64,000 bases of DNA from an uncultured Oscillospiraceae bacterium (GCA_964448355.1 CAYUWC010000003.1:16983-80982); one strand, 5' to 3'; shown: positions 9,074-16,898, counted from the first letter of the stretch. Numbers and translations are program-made. The notes: generated from the letters alone by a model not told the origin.

Positions 9074-10147
9074 TTATCTCACCTTCGCTTTCATCATATT
9101 TTCCGTAAATTGTTTCCAAACAAAGCCCGTGTCGTTCGGGCCCGATATCGTTTCGGCACGGAACTGAACGGAAAAGACCGGCTTGTCCGTAAAGTCGATG
9201 CCTTCGCAGGTATTATCGTTTAAATTTTTGTATGTCATCGTGATATTTTCCGGAAGCTCCGAAGCGTCAACGGCATATCCGTGATTTTGGACCGTGATAT
9301 GCGTTTTCCCGGTTTGAGTGCAAATGATCGGGTGATTTGCACCTCTGTGGCCGTATTTGAGTTTAACGGTTTTACAGCCTGCGGCAAGCGCGATGATCTG
9401 ATGACCGAGACCTATACCGAGCATGGGTTTGCCGCTTTCCAAAAGTTTTTCGATCTGAGCCGTGATCTCCGTATTTTCCGTCGGGTCGCCGGGACCTTCC
9501 GTTAACATAACACCGTCAGGCGCCATTGCAAGGACGTCTTCGGCACTTGTTAGTGCAGGTACGACCGTAACATTGCAGCCGAGTGCATTAAGCTCTTTTA
9601 CCGCATTGCCGACAGCGCCGAGATCGTACACAACGACGGAGCAATTCGCGTTTTCGACGTTAAAATGATAGATCTTTTGGGTCGTTGTCTGCCGAACGGC
9701 GTTTTCGATCTTATAATTTTTCAGTTCTTCAAGGTCGCATTGAGGGGTCTTTGAAATTTTCGCGTTCATTACGCCGTTTTCACGAATGATACGTGTAAGG
9801 GCGCGAGTATCAAGGTCGCATATGCCGATTATCCCCTTATTTAACAAAAAGGTGGAAAGATTACCTTCACATCTGAAATTTGAAGGATCTTCACACCATT
9901 CTCGAACAATATAAGCTTTTAATTTAGGAGAAGAATCTCCGATCTCCTCGGAAATCATTCCGTAATTTCCTATAAGGGGAAAAGTTTGCATTACGATCTG
10001 ACCGAAATTACAAGGGTCGCCGAGAGTTTCGGAATAGCCGACAACACCTGTTGTAAAAACAAGCTCGCCGACAGTTTCTCCGGATGCGCCGAAAGCTCTG
10101 CCCGCAAAGACAGTTCCGTTTTCAAGAATCAAATAAATCCTGTCCAT
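9074..10147 (-). CDS. carA: Carbamoyl-phosphate synthase small subunit homolog with degenerate glutaminase triad
   Basis: Start chosen at MDRIYLILENGTVFAGRAFG, which has GGAGAG as RBS. The CarA N-domain and GATase fold are conserved. The motif reads GIGLGHQ instead of GICLGHQ, and VQFRAE instead of FQGHPE. Confidence 0.88.
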   Translation of the reverse strand: MDRIYLILENGTVFAGRAFGASGETVGELVFTTGVVGYSETLGDPCNFGQIVMQTFPLIGNYGMISEEIGDSSPKLKAYIVREWCEDPSNFRCEGNLSTFLLNKGIIGICDLDTRALTRIIRENGVMNAKISKTPQCDLEELKNYKIENAVRQTTTQKIYHFNVENANCSVVVYDLGAVGNAVKELNALGCNVTVVPALTSAEDVLAMAPDGVMLTEGPGDPTENTEITAQIEKLLESGKPMLGIGLGHQIIALAAGCKTVKLKYGHRGANHPIICTQTGKTHITVQNHGYAVDASELPENITMTYKNLNDNTCEGIDFTDKPVFSVQFRAETISGPNDTGFVWKQFTENMMKAKVR

Positions 10148-10319
10148 ATATAGCTCTCCTAACATATAAAATAATCTTGAACCGCTTTTTCCGATGCAAC
10201 TGCACAATTGCCGCTATTATATAATTGATGCAATTCACATAATTGCGCAGAAAAAAAGGCGCTCACCGGGCGTATGACAGACAGCCACACAACCGACAAA
10301 CGCCCTTGTCTAAATTGAT

Positions 10320-10348
10320 ATTATACATTATTTTACAGTCCTTGTCAA
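10320..10348 (-). promoter_or_regulatory. Sigma-A type promoter of carA (TTGACA-17-TATAAT)
   Basis: On the minus strand: ttgaca aggactgtaaaataatg tataat. This is a perfect consensus, about 165 nt upstream of the carA start. Confidence 0.6.
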
Positions 10349-10375
10349 TATTCGCTTTTTTAATTTTTTTTGACA

Positions 10376-10404
10376 TTGATATTTAAACGCTTTTCGGGTA
10401 CAAT
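10376..10404 (+). promoter_or_regulatory. Candidate promoter of the DUF1540 gene (TTGATA-17-TACAAT)
   Basis: Hexamers and 17-nt spacing were read directly from the sequence. Confidence 0.45.
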
Positions 10405-10454
10405 ATCTTTACGGCGAAGTCCGAAACACGAAATACAGAAAGGGAAATGATTTT

Positions 10455-10760
10455 ATGACGGATATATATTGTTCTGTTAGTCAATGCGCGCACAACAAAG
10501 AAAACTGCTGTTGTCTCGAAAATATAAAGGTCGGAGGCGACAATGCGCATTCCACCGAGGGAACACGCTGTGACAGCTTTATACGCGAACATGCCACTAT
10601 GTCTCTCGGCGAAAGCATTTGTCACTGCACGCTCATCGATTGCGAAGCCGAAGATTGTAAGTACAATTGCGAAGGCGAGTGCTGCGCCGAATCGATCGAC
10701 ATCGGCGTAAAAGAGTGCTGCAGCTGCGATGATACGTGCTGTTGTACGTTCAAAAAATAA
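10455..10760 (+). CDS. DUF1540 domain protein (cysteine-rich, two repeats)
   Basis: 101 aa with 19 Cys. The pattern C-x4-C-x-N...CC...I.V...T.C.SF occurs twice, as in DUF1540 proteins of spore formers. Confidence 0.75.
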   Translation: MTDIYCSVSQCAHNKENCCCLENIKVGGDNAHSTEGTRCDSFIREHATMSLGESICHCTLIDCEAEDCKYNCEGECCAESIDIGVKECCSCDDTCCCTFKK

Positions 10761-10780
10761 CGAAACGTCCGTATCCCGAA

Positions 10781-10812
10781 AAAGGCTCACAAGTAAAATT
10801 GTGAGCCTTTTT
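10781..10812 (+). terminator. Intrinsic terminator of the DUF1540 gene
   Basis: 10-bp stem aaaggctcac/gtgagccttt followed by a T-run. Confidence 0.75.
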
Positions 10813-10834
10813 ATGCAAACGGAATGAAGACCTA

Positions 10835-10863
10835 TTGGCATCTCCGACATTCTATGTTAAAAT
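10835..10863 (+). promoter_or_regulatory. Candidate promoter (TTGGCA-17-TAAAAT) in front of a structured RNA
   Basis: Hexamers and 17-nt spacing were read from the sequence. The predicted transcription start falls at the base of the long hairpin. Confidence 0.45.
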
Positions 10864-10869
10864 AATTAT

Positions 10870-11008
10870 GCTACACATTATGAATACTGCCTAATTAGAG
10901 GGAATACCATAGATAAAAATGTATTCTCTCCCCTTTGATTAGGCAAAATGTGTAGCAACATTGAGAGATGCATTTTTTGTGCGTCTCTTGATGGGGCGCA
11001 CTTTTTTT
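10870..11008 (+). ncRNA. Candidate structured RNA or attenuator: ~88-nt imperfect hairpin plus competing hairpin and terminator
   Basis: gctacacatt (10870-79) pairs with aatgtgtagc (10947-56). Inner arms are tgcctaat/attaggca and gaatac/gtattc. Then agagatgca/tgcgtctct (10964-88) overlaps gtgcg/cgcac (10979-11001), which is followed by T7. Confidence 0.35.
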
Positions 11009-11164
11009 ATTTAAAGAGATAGAGGAGATAGTAAAGCAGATCCAGACCGAACTAAATTAAATCCTGTCCGTATTGATATGCACATCAGAAAGACGATAAC
11101 CTTTAGGCACGTTGTACATTCGCAGGCAGGTAACATCTATATTATTTTTAAGGAGGTTAACACC

Positions 11165-11500
11165 ATGTTTAATAACGTTGGCGATAAAATCAAGGGATTG
11201 GCAATGACAACATTCATTATCGGAACAATAGCCGCAGTGCTCCTTGGAATAGCTGTGATCGTTGTTAATGAGGAACTTGCACTCGTCGGAGTGCTTATAA
11301 TAGGCCTTGGTATTTTAATTGCTTGGCTGTCTAATTTATTGCTTTACGGTTTCGGAGAACTCGTGGAAAAAACCTGCGAAATTGCAAGAAACACATCCAA
11401 AGCGGTTTCTGACAATGATAGGCTCGACCAAGCTAAACAGCTTCGAAACCAAGGCCTGATCACCGACGATGAATATCGGCAAATTATTGCAAAAAAATAA
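11165..11500 (+). CDS. Membrane protein with C-terminal SHOCT domain
   Basis: AGGAGG lies 8 nt upstream of ATG 11165. There are two TM segments, and the C-terminus LRNQGLITDDEYRQIIAKK matches the SHOCT pattern. Confidence 0.7.
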   Translation: MFNNVGDKIKGLAMTTFIIGTIAAVLLGIAVIVVNEELALVGVLIIGLGILIAWLSNLLLYGFGELVEKTCEIARNTSKAVSDNDRLDQAKQLRNQGLITDDEYRQIIAKK

Positions 11501-11517
11501 GGGAAAGGATAGAAATT

Positions 11518-12321
11518 ATGGGGAATGGAATTAACAGAAAGTCACTCAAATGCGGTCCTGCTATACAGCTGTTGTCAATAACCGCACTGATATGCAGGGT
11601 ATTAGGTTCGGTTTCATATTTTTTCGGAATCAATTATAAAGTTTATGAGTTGGAATTTGAGTTTCCACCTTTTCCGTCTTTTATGGAGATGCTTTTCGGT
11701 CTTGTACCGTATGTCATATTTATTCTGTATATTTTTAAATATCGAAACAAGTTACGTGCGAATATATTAGTTCCTATCGTATTCGGATCAATGGCCTTTT
11801 CGTATTCATACTCAATGTTGTTGACCTACATTGAAAATAGGAATTATTATCAGCGACATGATTTGGAAGATGCTTTATTTGATTTTTTGGGCGAACACAT
11901 CATCAGCCTCTTATTGCTTATTTCGTCGGTATTAATGTTGATCGGTTCTCTTAAAGGCTTTAAAAACAAAGTCTTTACAATAATCTCGATGGTAAGCTTT
12001 CTTTATCCCGGAATTTGGTACATATTTTACACATATTACAATCTTTTGGACGGGTTTAATTGGGAGAGTATTTCGGAGGCGACAGTGGATCTAAGCAGAA
12101 ATATATTAAAGATCGCCTTTCTTGTTTTTTGGATAACCTTGTTTTTGTTTGCGCTGACAAACAGAATACCACCTGTCATTTCTGGTGCTAAACCACAAAA
12201 TTCTTTGGGTACAATGAGTCCGGAACAAGAATTGAGGATTTTAAAAAATAAATTCGACTGCGGTATTATAACCGAAGAAGAATATCGGGCTCAGAGAGCC
12301 GAGATCATCGTTAAACTTTAA
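11518..12321 (+). CDS. Polytopic membrane protein with C-terminal SHOCT domain
   Basis: About 6 hydrophobic segments. The C-terminus LRILKNKFDCGIITEEEYRAQRAEIIVKL matches SHOCT. Confidence 0.7.
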   Translation: MGNGINRKSLKCGPAIQLLSITALICRVLGSVSYFFGINYKVYELEFEFPPFPSFMEMLFGLVPYVIFILYIFKYRNKLRANILVPIVFGSMAFSYSYSMLLTYIENRNYYQRHDLEDALFDFLGEHIISLLLLISSVLMLIGSLKGFKNKVFTIISMVSFLYPGIWYIFYTYYNLLDGFNWESISEATVDLSRNILKIAFLVFWITLFLFALTNRIPPVISGAKPQNSLGTMSPEQELRILKNKFDCGIITEEEYRAQRAEIIVKL

Positions 12322-12346
12322 TAATAAAACATATCACTGAAATATG

Positions 12347-12377
12347 AGGACTCACAATCAATTTGTGAGTCCTTTTT
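12347..12377 (+). terminator. Intrinsic terminator after the SHOCT pair
   Basis: 11-bp stem aggactcacaa/ttgtgagtcct followed by a T-run. Confidence 0.75.
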
Positions 12378-12396
12378 CAGTACTTTTTCGTCGATT

Positions 12397-13119
12397 TCAT
12401 TTCCCTTTTGAAAAGACGTGTTTGCCGATCGTTGTATATACGGGAAGCGTTTTGATCCAGGCATTTGTCGCAGTTGACGGATTGTAGTAGTAAATGCAGC
12501 CGCCGGTGGGGTCCCAACCGTTCAGCGCGTCTCGTGCGGCGTTATAAGCGGAATCGGCGATGGGCTGATCGTACTGTCCGTCGTCAAGAGCGGAAAAAGC
12601 GCCCTTTTGGTATATAACGCCCGATATGGTGTTCGGGAAAGACGGGTGTTTGACCCTGTTTAACACCACGGCGCCTACGGCGACCTGACCTTTGTACGGT
12701 TCGCCTCGGGCTTCGGCTGAAATTATTCTTGCGAGCAGATAAACATCGTTTGAGTTGTTGGAAGATGACGATGATGACGAGGAAGATATACCCATAGCCG
12801 CAAGCGTTTTCGGGCCTGCGATACCGTCCGGGTCAAGCCCGTTTTTACGTTGGAAATAAATAACGGCGTTTTTTGTTTGTGTTCCGTAAATGCCGTCCAC
12901 GGCGCCGTCGTAATAGCCCCAATCGGAAAGCTTTTGTTGTATTTTTCTTACTTCGTCGCCCCTTGAGCCGTATTTTGACAGAACAGCCTCGGAATCTTCA
13001 ACACCGGCGTTGTCATTATCAACGGCGTTAAAATACGAAAAGACCGCAATGCCGCAAAACAATGCCGTGAAAAGCGTAACGGCGATAAAATATTTCAGAT
13101 ATTTATTCAAAAATCGCAC
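12397..13119 (-). CDS. sleB: Spore cortex-lytic enzyme (PG-binding domain plus Hydrolase_2/SleB domain)
   Basis: Signal/TM segment, then PG_binding_1 (GSRGDEVRKIQQKLSDWGYYDGAVDGIYG), a poly-Ser linker, and ARIISAEARGEPYKGQVAVGAVVLNRV. Confidence 0.8.
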   Translation of the reverse strand: MRFLNKYLKYFIAVTLFTALFCGIAVFSYFNAVDNDNAGVEDSEAVLSKYGSRGDEVRKIQQKLSDWGYYDGAVDGIYGTQTKNAVIYFQRKNGLDPDGIAGPKTLAAMGISSSSSSSSSNNSNDVYLLARIISAEARGEPYKGQVAVGAVVLNRVKHPSFPNTISGVIYQKGAFSALDDGQYDQPIADSAYNAARDALNGWDPTGGCIYYYNPSTATNAWIKTLPVYTTIGKHVFSKGK

Positions 13120-13183
13120 ACTCCGTTCAATCTTTATTACAGACCTATTATTTCCGACAACAAAAAAATTATTTATATTCGGC

Positions 13184-13212
13184 TTGATTTTTTTGCCGAA
13201 ATATAGTATAAT
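13184..13212 (+). promoter_or_regulatory. Candidate promoter of pcrA (TTGATT-17-TATAAT)
   Basis: Hexamers and spacing were read from the sequence. Confidence 0.5.
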
Positions 13213-13298
13213 AATTTTATACGAGATTTATTACATACATATATAAAAAAGATCGAGAAAAAAGAGAAACGCGTCTTTTCGGGAGGGGCAGACTGATC

Positions 13299-15647
13299 AT
13301 GAACACGTCAGAAAAATTATTATCTTTAAAAAAACAGATATTAAACGATGAATATTCGAATCTTAACAACGAACAGCGTGAGGCTGTTTTTTCAAACGAC
13401 GGTCCGCTTTTGATCCTTGCGGGTGCGGGCAGCGGAAAAACGACGTCCGTCATAAGCAAGATAGGTTATCTTATCCGATACGGCAACGCTTACAATGCGC
13501 TCGTGACAGATGCAAACGAGGAAGACGTAGCATATCTTTCGGAATGTTTAAGCAACAAAAATATGCGGACGGAAGCAAGATATTTTGACCTTATGGCGTC
13601 CGAACCGATCGACGCATATAATATTTTGGCTATAACGTTCACAAACAAGGCTGCGGGAGAAATGCGAGATCGTCTCGAAAGGCAGTACGGCATAAACGGC
13701 AACAAGCTTTGGGCATTAACTTTCCACTCGCTTTGCGTGCGGCTGCTCAGACGTTATGCGGACAGGCTCGGATATCAGTCGAATTTTACGATATATGACG
13801 ATACCGACAGTCACAAACTCATCGATTCGATAATAAAAAAGCTCAAATTAAATGATAATTACAACACAAAAGTCGTTTCGAGGATCATTTCGAACGCAAA
13901 ATGCAATTATATATCGGCGCAGGAATACACATACGACGGCAGAGATCTAAAACAAATGCCGTTGATCTACAAAGAATATCAAACGGGTCTGAAAGAAGCG
14001 AACGCTTTTGACTTTGACGATCTTATTTTTATGACCGTGCGCTTGTTGTCGACTCATGAGGATATACAAAAAGCCGTTAACGACAGGTTCCGCTATATTC
14101 TCGTTGACGAATATCAGGACACGAACCCGCTGCAATACAGGCTCGTAGCTCTCCTTGCGCCGACGGGTAAAATATGCGTTGTCGGCGACGATGATCAAAG
14201 CATTTATCGATTTATGGGCGCGTCCATAGAAAATATTTTAAGTTTCGAAAAACAGTTCCCGAACGCAAAAGTCGTAAGGCTCGAACAAAATTATCGTTCG
14301 ACGCAAACGATATTGGACGCTGCGAACGCCGTGATCTCAAACAACAAAGACAGAAAGGGCAAGCGGCTTTGGACGGAACAAGGTCCGGGCAAAAACATAA
14401 CCGTAAATCAGCTTTCAAACCAATCCGAGGAAGGCGATTATATTTGCCGCAGCATAATGAGCGGAAAAGGGACGAGCGGATTTAAAAACAACGATTTTTG
14501 TATTCTTTACAGAACGAATGCGCAATCGAACTCGATCGAGCATGCGCTCAGAATAAACGGCATTCCGTACCGTGTTTTCGGCGGACAACCGTTTTTCAAG
14601 CGCAAAGAGATTCAGGACGTTTTGGCGTATTTGAACGTTATATGCAATCCGTACGACAGAACACGTTTAATGCGTATAATAAACGAGCCGAAACGAGGCA
14701 TCGGGGATTCGACGATCGAAAAGGTCAACACGATATGTTCGGAAACGGGACAACATTTTTTTGATGTTATAAGCGAAGCTTCAAATTACCCGGAGCTGCA
14801 GCGTTCCGCCGAAAAACTCATGGATTTTGCGAGAACGATACGAATGCTTGCGCAAAAAACGGAAGAAGTATCTCCGTCGCATATTTTTACGGAGCTTTTG
14901 TCCGCTATCCGTTACGAGCAGCACCTGAGAAATCAATACGATCTTTCGGATGCGGTTTCTCGAATCGAGAACGTTCACGAGCTTCAAAACAACATTGTTG
15001 AATACGAAAAAAATGCCGAAGAACCGACGCTTTTGGGATATTTGGAACAGACGGCTCTTGTCAGCGCCGTTGACGATCTTGACGAAGACGAGCCTGCGGT
15101 AACGCTGATGACGATGCACTGTGCAAAAGGCTTGGAATTTGACGTTGTTTTCCTTGCAGGCTTTGAAGAAGGGCTTTTCCCGTCCGCAATGTCCGTCAAC
15201 GAACAAGGCGGTATCGAGGAGGAAAGACGGCTTTGTTACGTTGCAATAACACGTGCAAGAAAGCAGCTTTTCATCACGCATGTTCGGTCGAGAATGCTGT
15301 ACGGCACGCCGCGTCCGTCGATGCCCTCGCGTTTTCTCAAAGAGATACCGGAGGAGCTTATCACTCAAGTACAGTCCGTACAGTACGAAAAACCGCACAA
15401 TGTACGGCACACGAAGCCCATGAGCGAACGTGCGCTTTTAACAAATACCATAACCGTCATCCCCAAAGAAAAAGACGGCAAGATCTCTTACAGGATCGGT
15501 CAAAATGTTAAACACAAAGTATTCGGCGAAGGTGTTATAACCGGCGTGACGGAAATGTCGTCGGACAGCCTTCTCGAAGTGGAATTTGCTTCGGTAGGCA
15601 AGAAAAAGCTTATGGCAAACTTCGCAAAACTGAAGATCATAGAATAA
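13299..15647 (+). CDS. pcrA: ATP-dependent DNA helicase PcrA (UvrD family)
   Basis: Helicase motifs GAGSGKTT, VDEYQDTN, TMHCAKGLEFD and VAITRAR. Length is 782 aa. Confidence 0.92.
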   Translation: MNTSEKLLSLKKQILNDEYSNLNNEQREAVFSNDGPLLILAGAGSGKTTSVISKIGYLIRYGNAYNALVTDANEEDVAYLSECLSNKNMRTEARYFDLMASEPIDAYNILAITFTNKAAGEMRDRLERQYGINGNKLWALTFHSLCVRLLRRYADRLGYQSNFTIYDDTDSHKLIDSIIKKLKLNDNYNTKVVSRIISNAKCNYISAQEYTYDGRDLKQMPLIYKEYQTGLKEANAFDFDDLIFMTVRLLSTHEDIQKAVNDRFRYILVDEYQDTNPLQYRLVALLAPTGKICVVGDDDQSIYRFMGASIENILSFEKQFPNAKVVRLEQNYRSTQTILDAANAVISNNKDRKGKRLWTEQGPGKNITVNQLSNQSEEGDYICRSIMSGKGTSGFKNNDFCILYRTNAQSNSIEHALRINGIPYRVFGGQPFFKRKEIQDVLAYLNVICNPYDRTRLMRIINEPKRGIGDSTIEKVNTICSETGQHFFDVISEASNYPELQRSAEKLMDFARTIRMLAQKTEEVSPSHIFTELLSAIRYEQHLRNQYDLSDAVSRIENVHELQNNIVEYEKNAEEPTLLGYLEQTALVSAVDDLDEDEPAVTLMTMHCAKGLEFDVVFLAGFEEGLFPSAMSVNEQGGIEEERRLCYVAITRARKQLFITHVRSRMLYGTPRPSMPSRFLKEIPEELITQVQSVQYEKPHNVRHTKPMSERALLTNTITVIPKEKDGKISYRIGQNVKHKVFGEGVITGVTEMSSDSLLEVEFASVGKKKLMANFAKLKIIE

Positions 15648-15653
15648 GAAAAT

Positions 15654-15693
15654 GAGCTGTAAAACAAAGATTTTTACAGCTCTTTCTTTTTTT
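15654..15693. terminator. Terminator between the convergent genes pcrA and 15710-16396
   Basis: 11-bp stem gagctgtaaaa/ttttacagctc followed by a T-rich run. Confidence 0.7.
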
Positions 15694-15709
15694 GACAATC
15701 CGGAACGTA

Positions 15710-16396
15710 TCACATCGTTTTTACGGGTCCCGCAAATATCGCGCCCGAAACGTACCCGACAAACGGTTTTATATAAAGCGTCGCAACGCCCCGTGTTTTC
15801 AAAATATTGCCGACCGTTATACGATAAATGTTTGCACCGCCGCATTTCCCGATCTGTTCGACGAGTGCTCCCGCACCGTTGACATCCGCAAAATAAAGCA
15901 CGCCGAACACAGCCGCCTCAAGCATTTTTACAGACGGCGAGATCTCTGCGGAAGCGAAAATATCGTGTTTGAACGGTTCGGCTGCGTATTTTACGCATGA
16001 GGATCCGGGAGCGGATATTTTGTTTTTATCTACAAGCAGCAACGATGTCGTGACATCTTTCGGTTCGCCGTTAACATATTCGACCGAAAGGCGGTGTGTG
16101 CCTTTTTTAACATCGACTGCCGAAAAATCGCGAATGATATCCGCGTCGATCATTGTAACGAACGGCGATATGCCTTTAACAACAAGTTCTGTTCGTGTAT
16201 CGTTTTCGACGTAAAATTCTGCGGTATATACCGCTTTTTCGTTTGAACGGACAGTAAAAACGGCGTCACATTCGTTTTTAACGGTCAATCTTTGCAAAGA
16301 GCCGTCGGGGAGAACTTTGTTCCACAGTGTATATTCCAAAACGGAATGTTTTTCTCCGCAAATTTCAAGCTCGTAAATCTCGTTTGTATTACACAT
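15710..16396 (-). CDS. Hypothetical protein (no recognisable family)
   Basis: ORF with its start set at MCNTNEIYEL, which has GAAGAGGA as RBS. It lies 26 nt downstream of the CYTH gene on the same strand. Confidence 0.6.
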   Translation of the reverse strand: MCNTNEIYELEICGEKHSVLEYTLWNKVLPDGSLQRLTVKNECDAVFTVRSNEKAVYTAEFYVENDTRTELVVKGISPFVTMIDADIIRDFSAVDVKKGTHRLSVEYVNGEPKDVTTSLLLVDKNKISAPGSSCVKYAAEPFKHDIFASAEISPSVKMLEAAVFGVLYFADVNGAGALVEQIGKCGGANIYRITVGNILKTRGVATLYIKPFVGYVSGAIFAGPVKTM

Positions 16397-16421
16397 AGCA
16401 ATCCTCTTCTTTATTATATTT

Positions 16422-16898
16422 TTATTCGTTTTCAAGACGTGTGCGTTTCCAATAATTGTTCATTTTCCATGAATTGTCGTACGTTACTTCTTTGCCGAGG
16501 TACGGAGGCGGAACAAAAGCGAGAGCGTCTTCGACGGACCTAAACTCTACCTCGGCATACATAAACTCCGTTTTTGTACCGGCATCGACGAGCGAGCATT
16601 CGAGGATAAGTCCGTCAGGCAGGTCATAGCAGCGTTTGAGCTTATGTATCGGTTCTTTTTCGGCGATTTTGCAAAGGACTTCGAACTGTTTTTTTGTGAT
16701 AGATATTTCTATTTCTTCTCTGCAAAGCTCACCCATGCTTTTAACGGTCATGCGATACGTTTCTTTATCGCCGCAACGTTTGCTTCTTGCACGCACGGTG
16801 GGCATAACGGAGATGTATATTTGCCGCATCTCGCATTCGGATCTGAGCGTAAGCTCGGACGGAAAAGCGTCGAGTAAAAATTTACGTTCTATTTCCAT
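16422..16898 (-). CDS. CYTH domain protein (triphosphate tunnel metalloenzyme family)
   Basis: The N-terminal MEIERKFLL carries the ExExK signature of CYTH. Length is 158 aa. Confidence 0.8.
   Translation of the reverse strand: MEIERKFLLDAFPSELTLRSECEMRQIYISVMPTVRARSKRCGDKETYRMTVKSMGELCREEIEISITKKQFEVLCKIAEKEPIHKLKRCYDLPDGLILECSLVDAGTKTEFMYAEVEFRSVEDALAFVPPPYLGKEVTYDNSWKMNNYWKRTRLENE

Noticed and set aside
10148-10207. An N-terminal extension of carA (MCSCIGKSGSRLFYMLGELY).
   Set aside because: No RBS is present. The internal Met at 10147 has one and matches the conserved CarA N-terminus.
10205-10260. A possible ARG box or PyrR site in the carA leader (tgtgaattgcatcaatta).
   Set aside because: It matches the ARG-box consensus at too few positions. 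No ARUCCAGAGAGGYU-like PyrR loop was found.
10383-10850. A 155-aa minus-strand ORF.
   Set aside because: It is antisense to the DUF1540 gene and runs through that gene's terminator.
10948-11016. A 22-codon mini-ORF (MCSNIERCIFCASLDGAHFFYL) inside the candidate structured RNA.
   Set aside because: It has only a weak AGG 4 nt upstream, and it overlaps the terminator stems. I treat it as incidental unless ribosome profiling shows otherwise.
12760-12800. A Ser-codon repeat (tcatcatcgtcatc...) that could be taken for a microsatellite or a contingency locus.
   Set aside because: It encodes the poly-Ser/Asn linker between the PG-binding and hydrolase domains of SleB. It is in frame and uses mixed codons, so it is an ordinary flexible linker.
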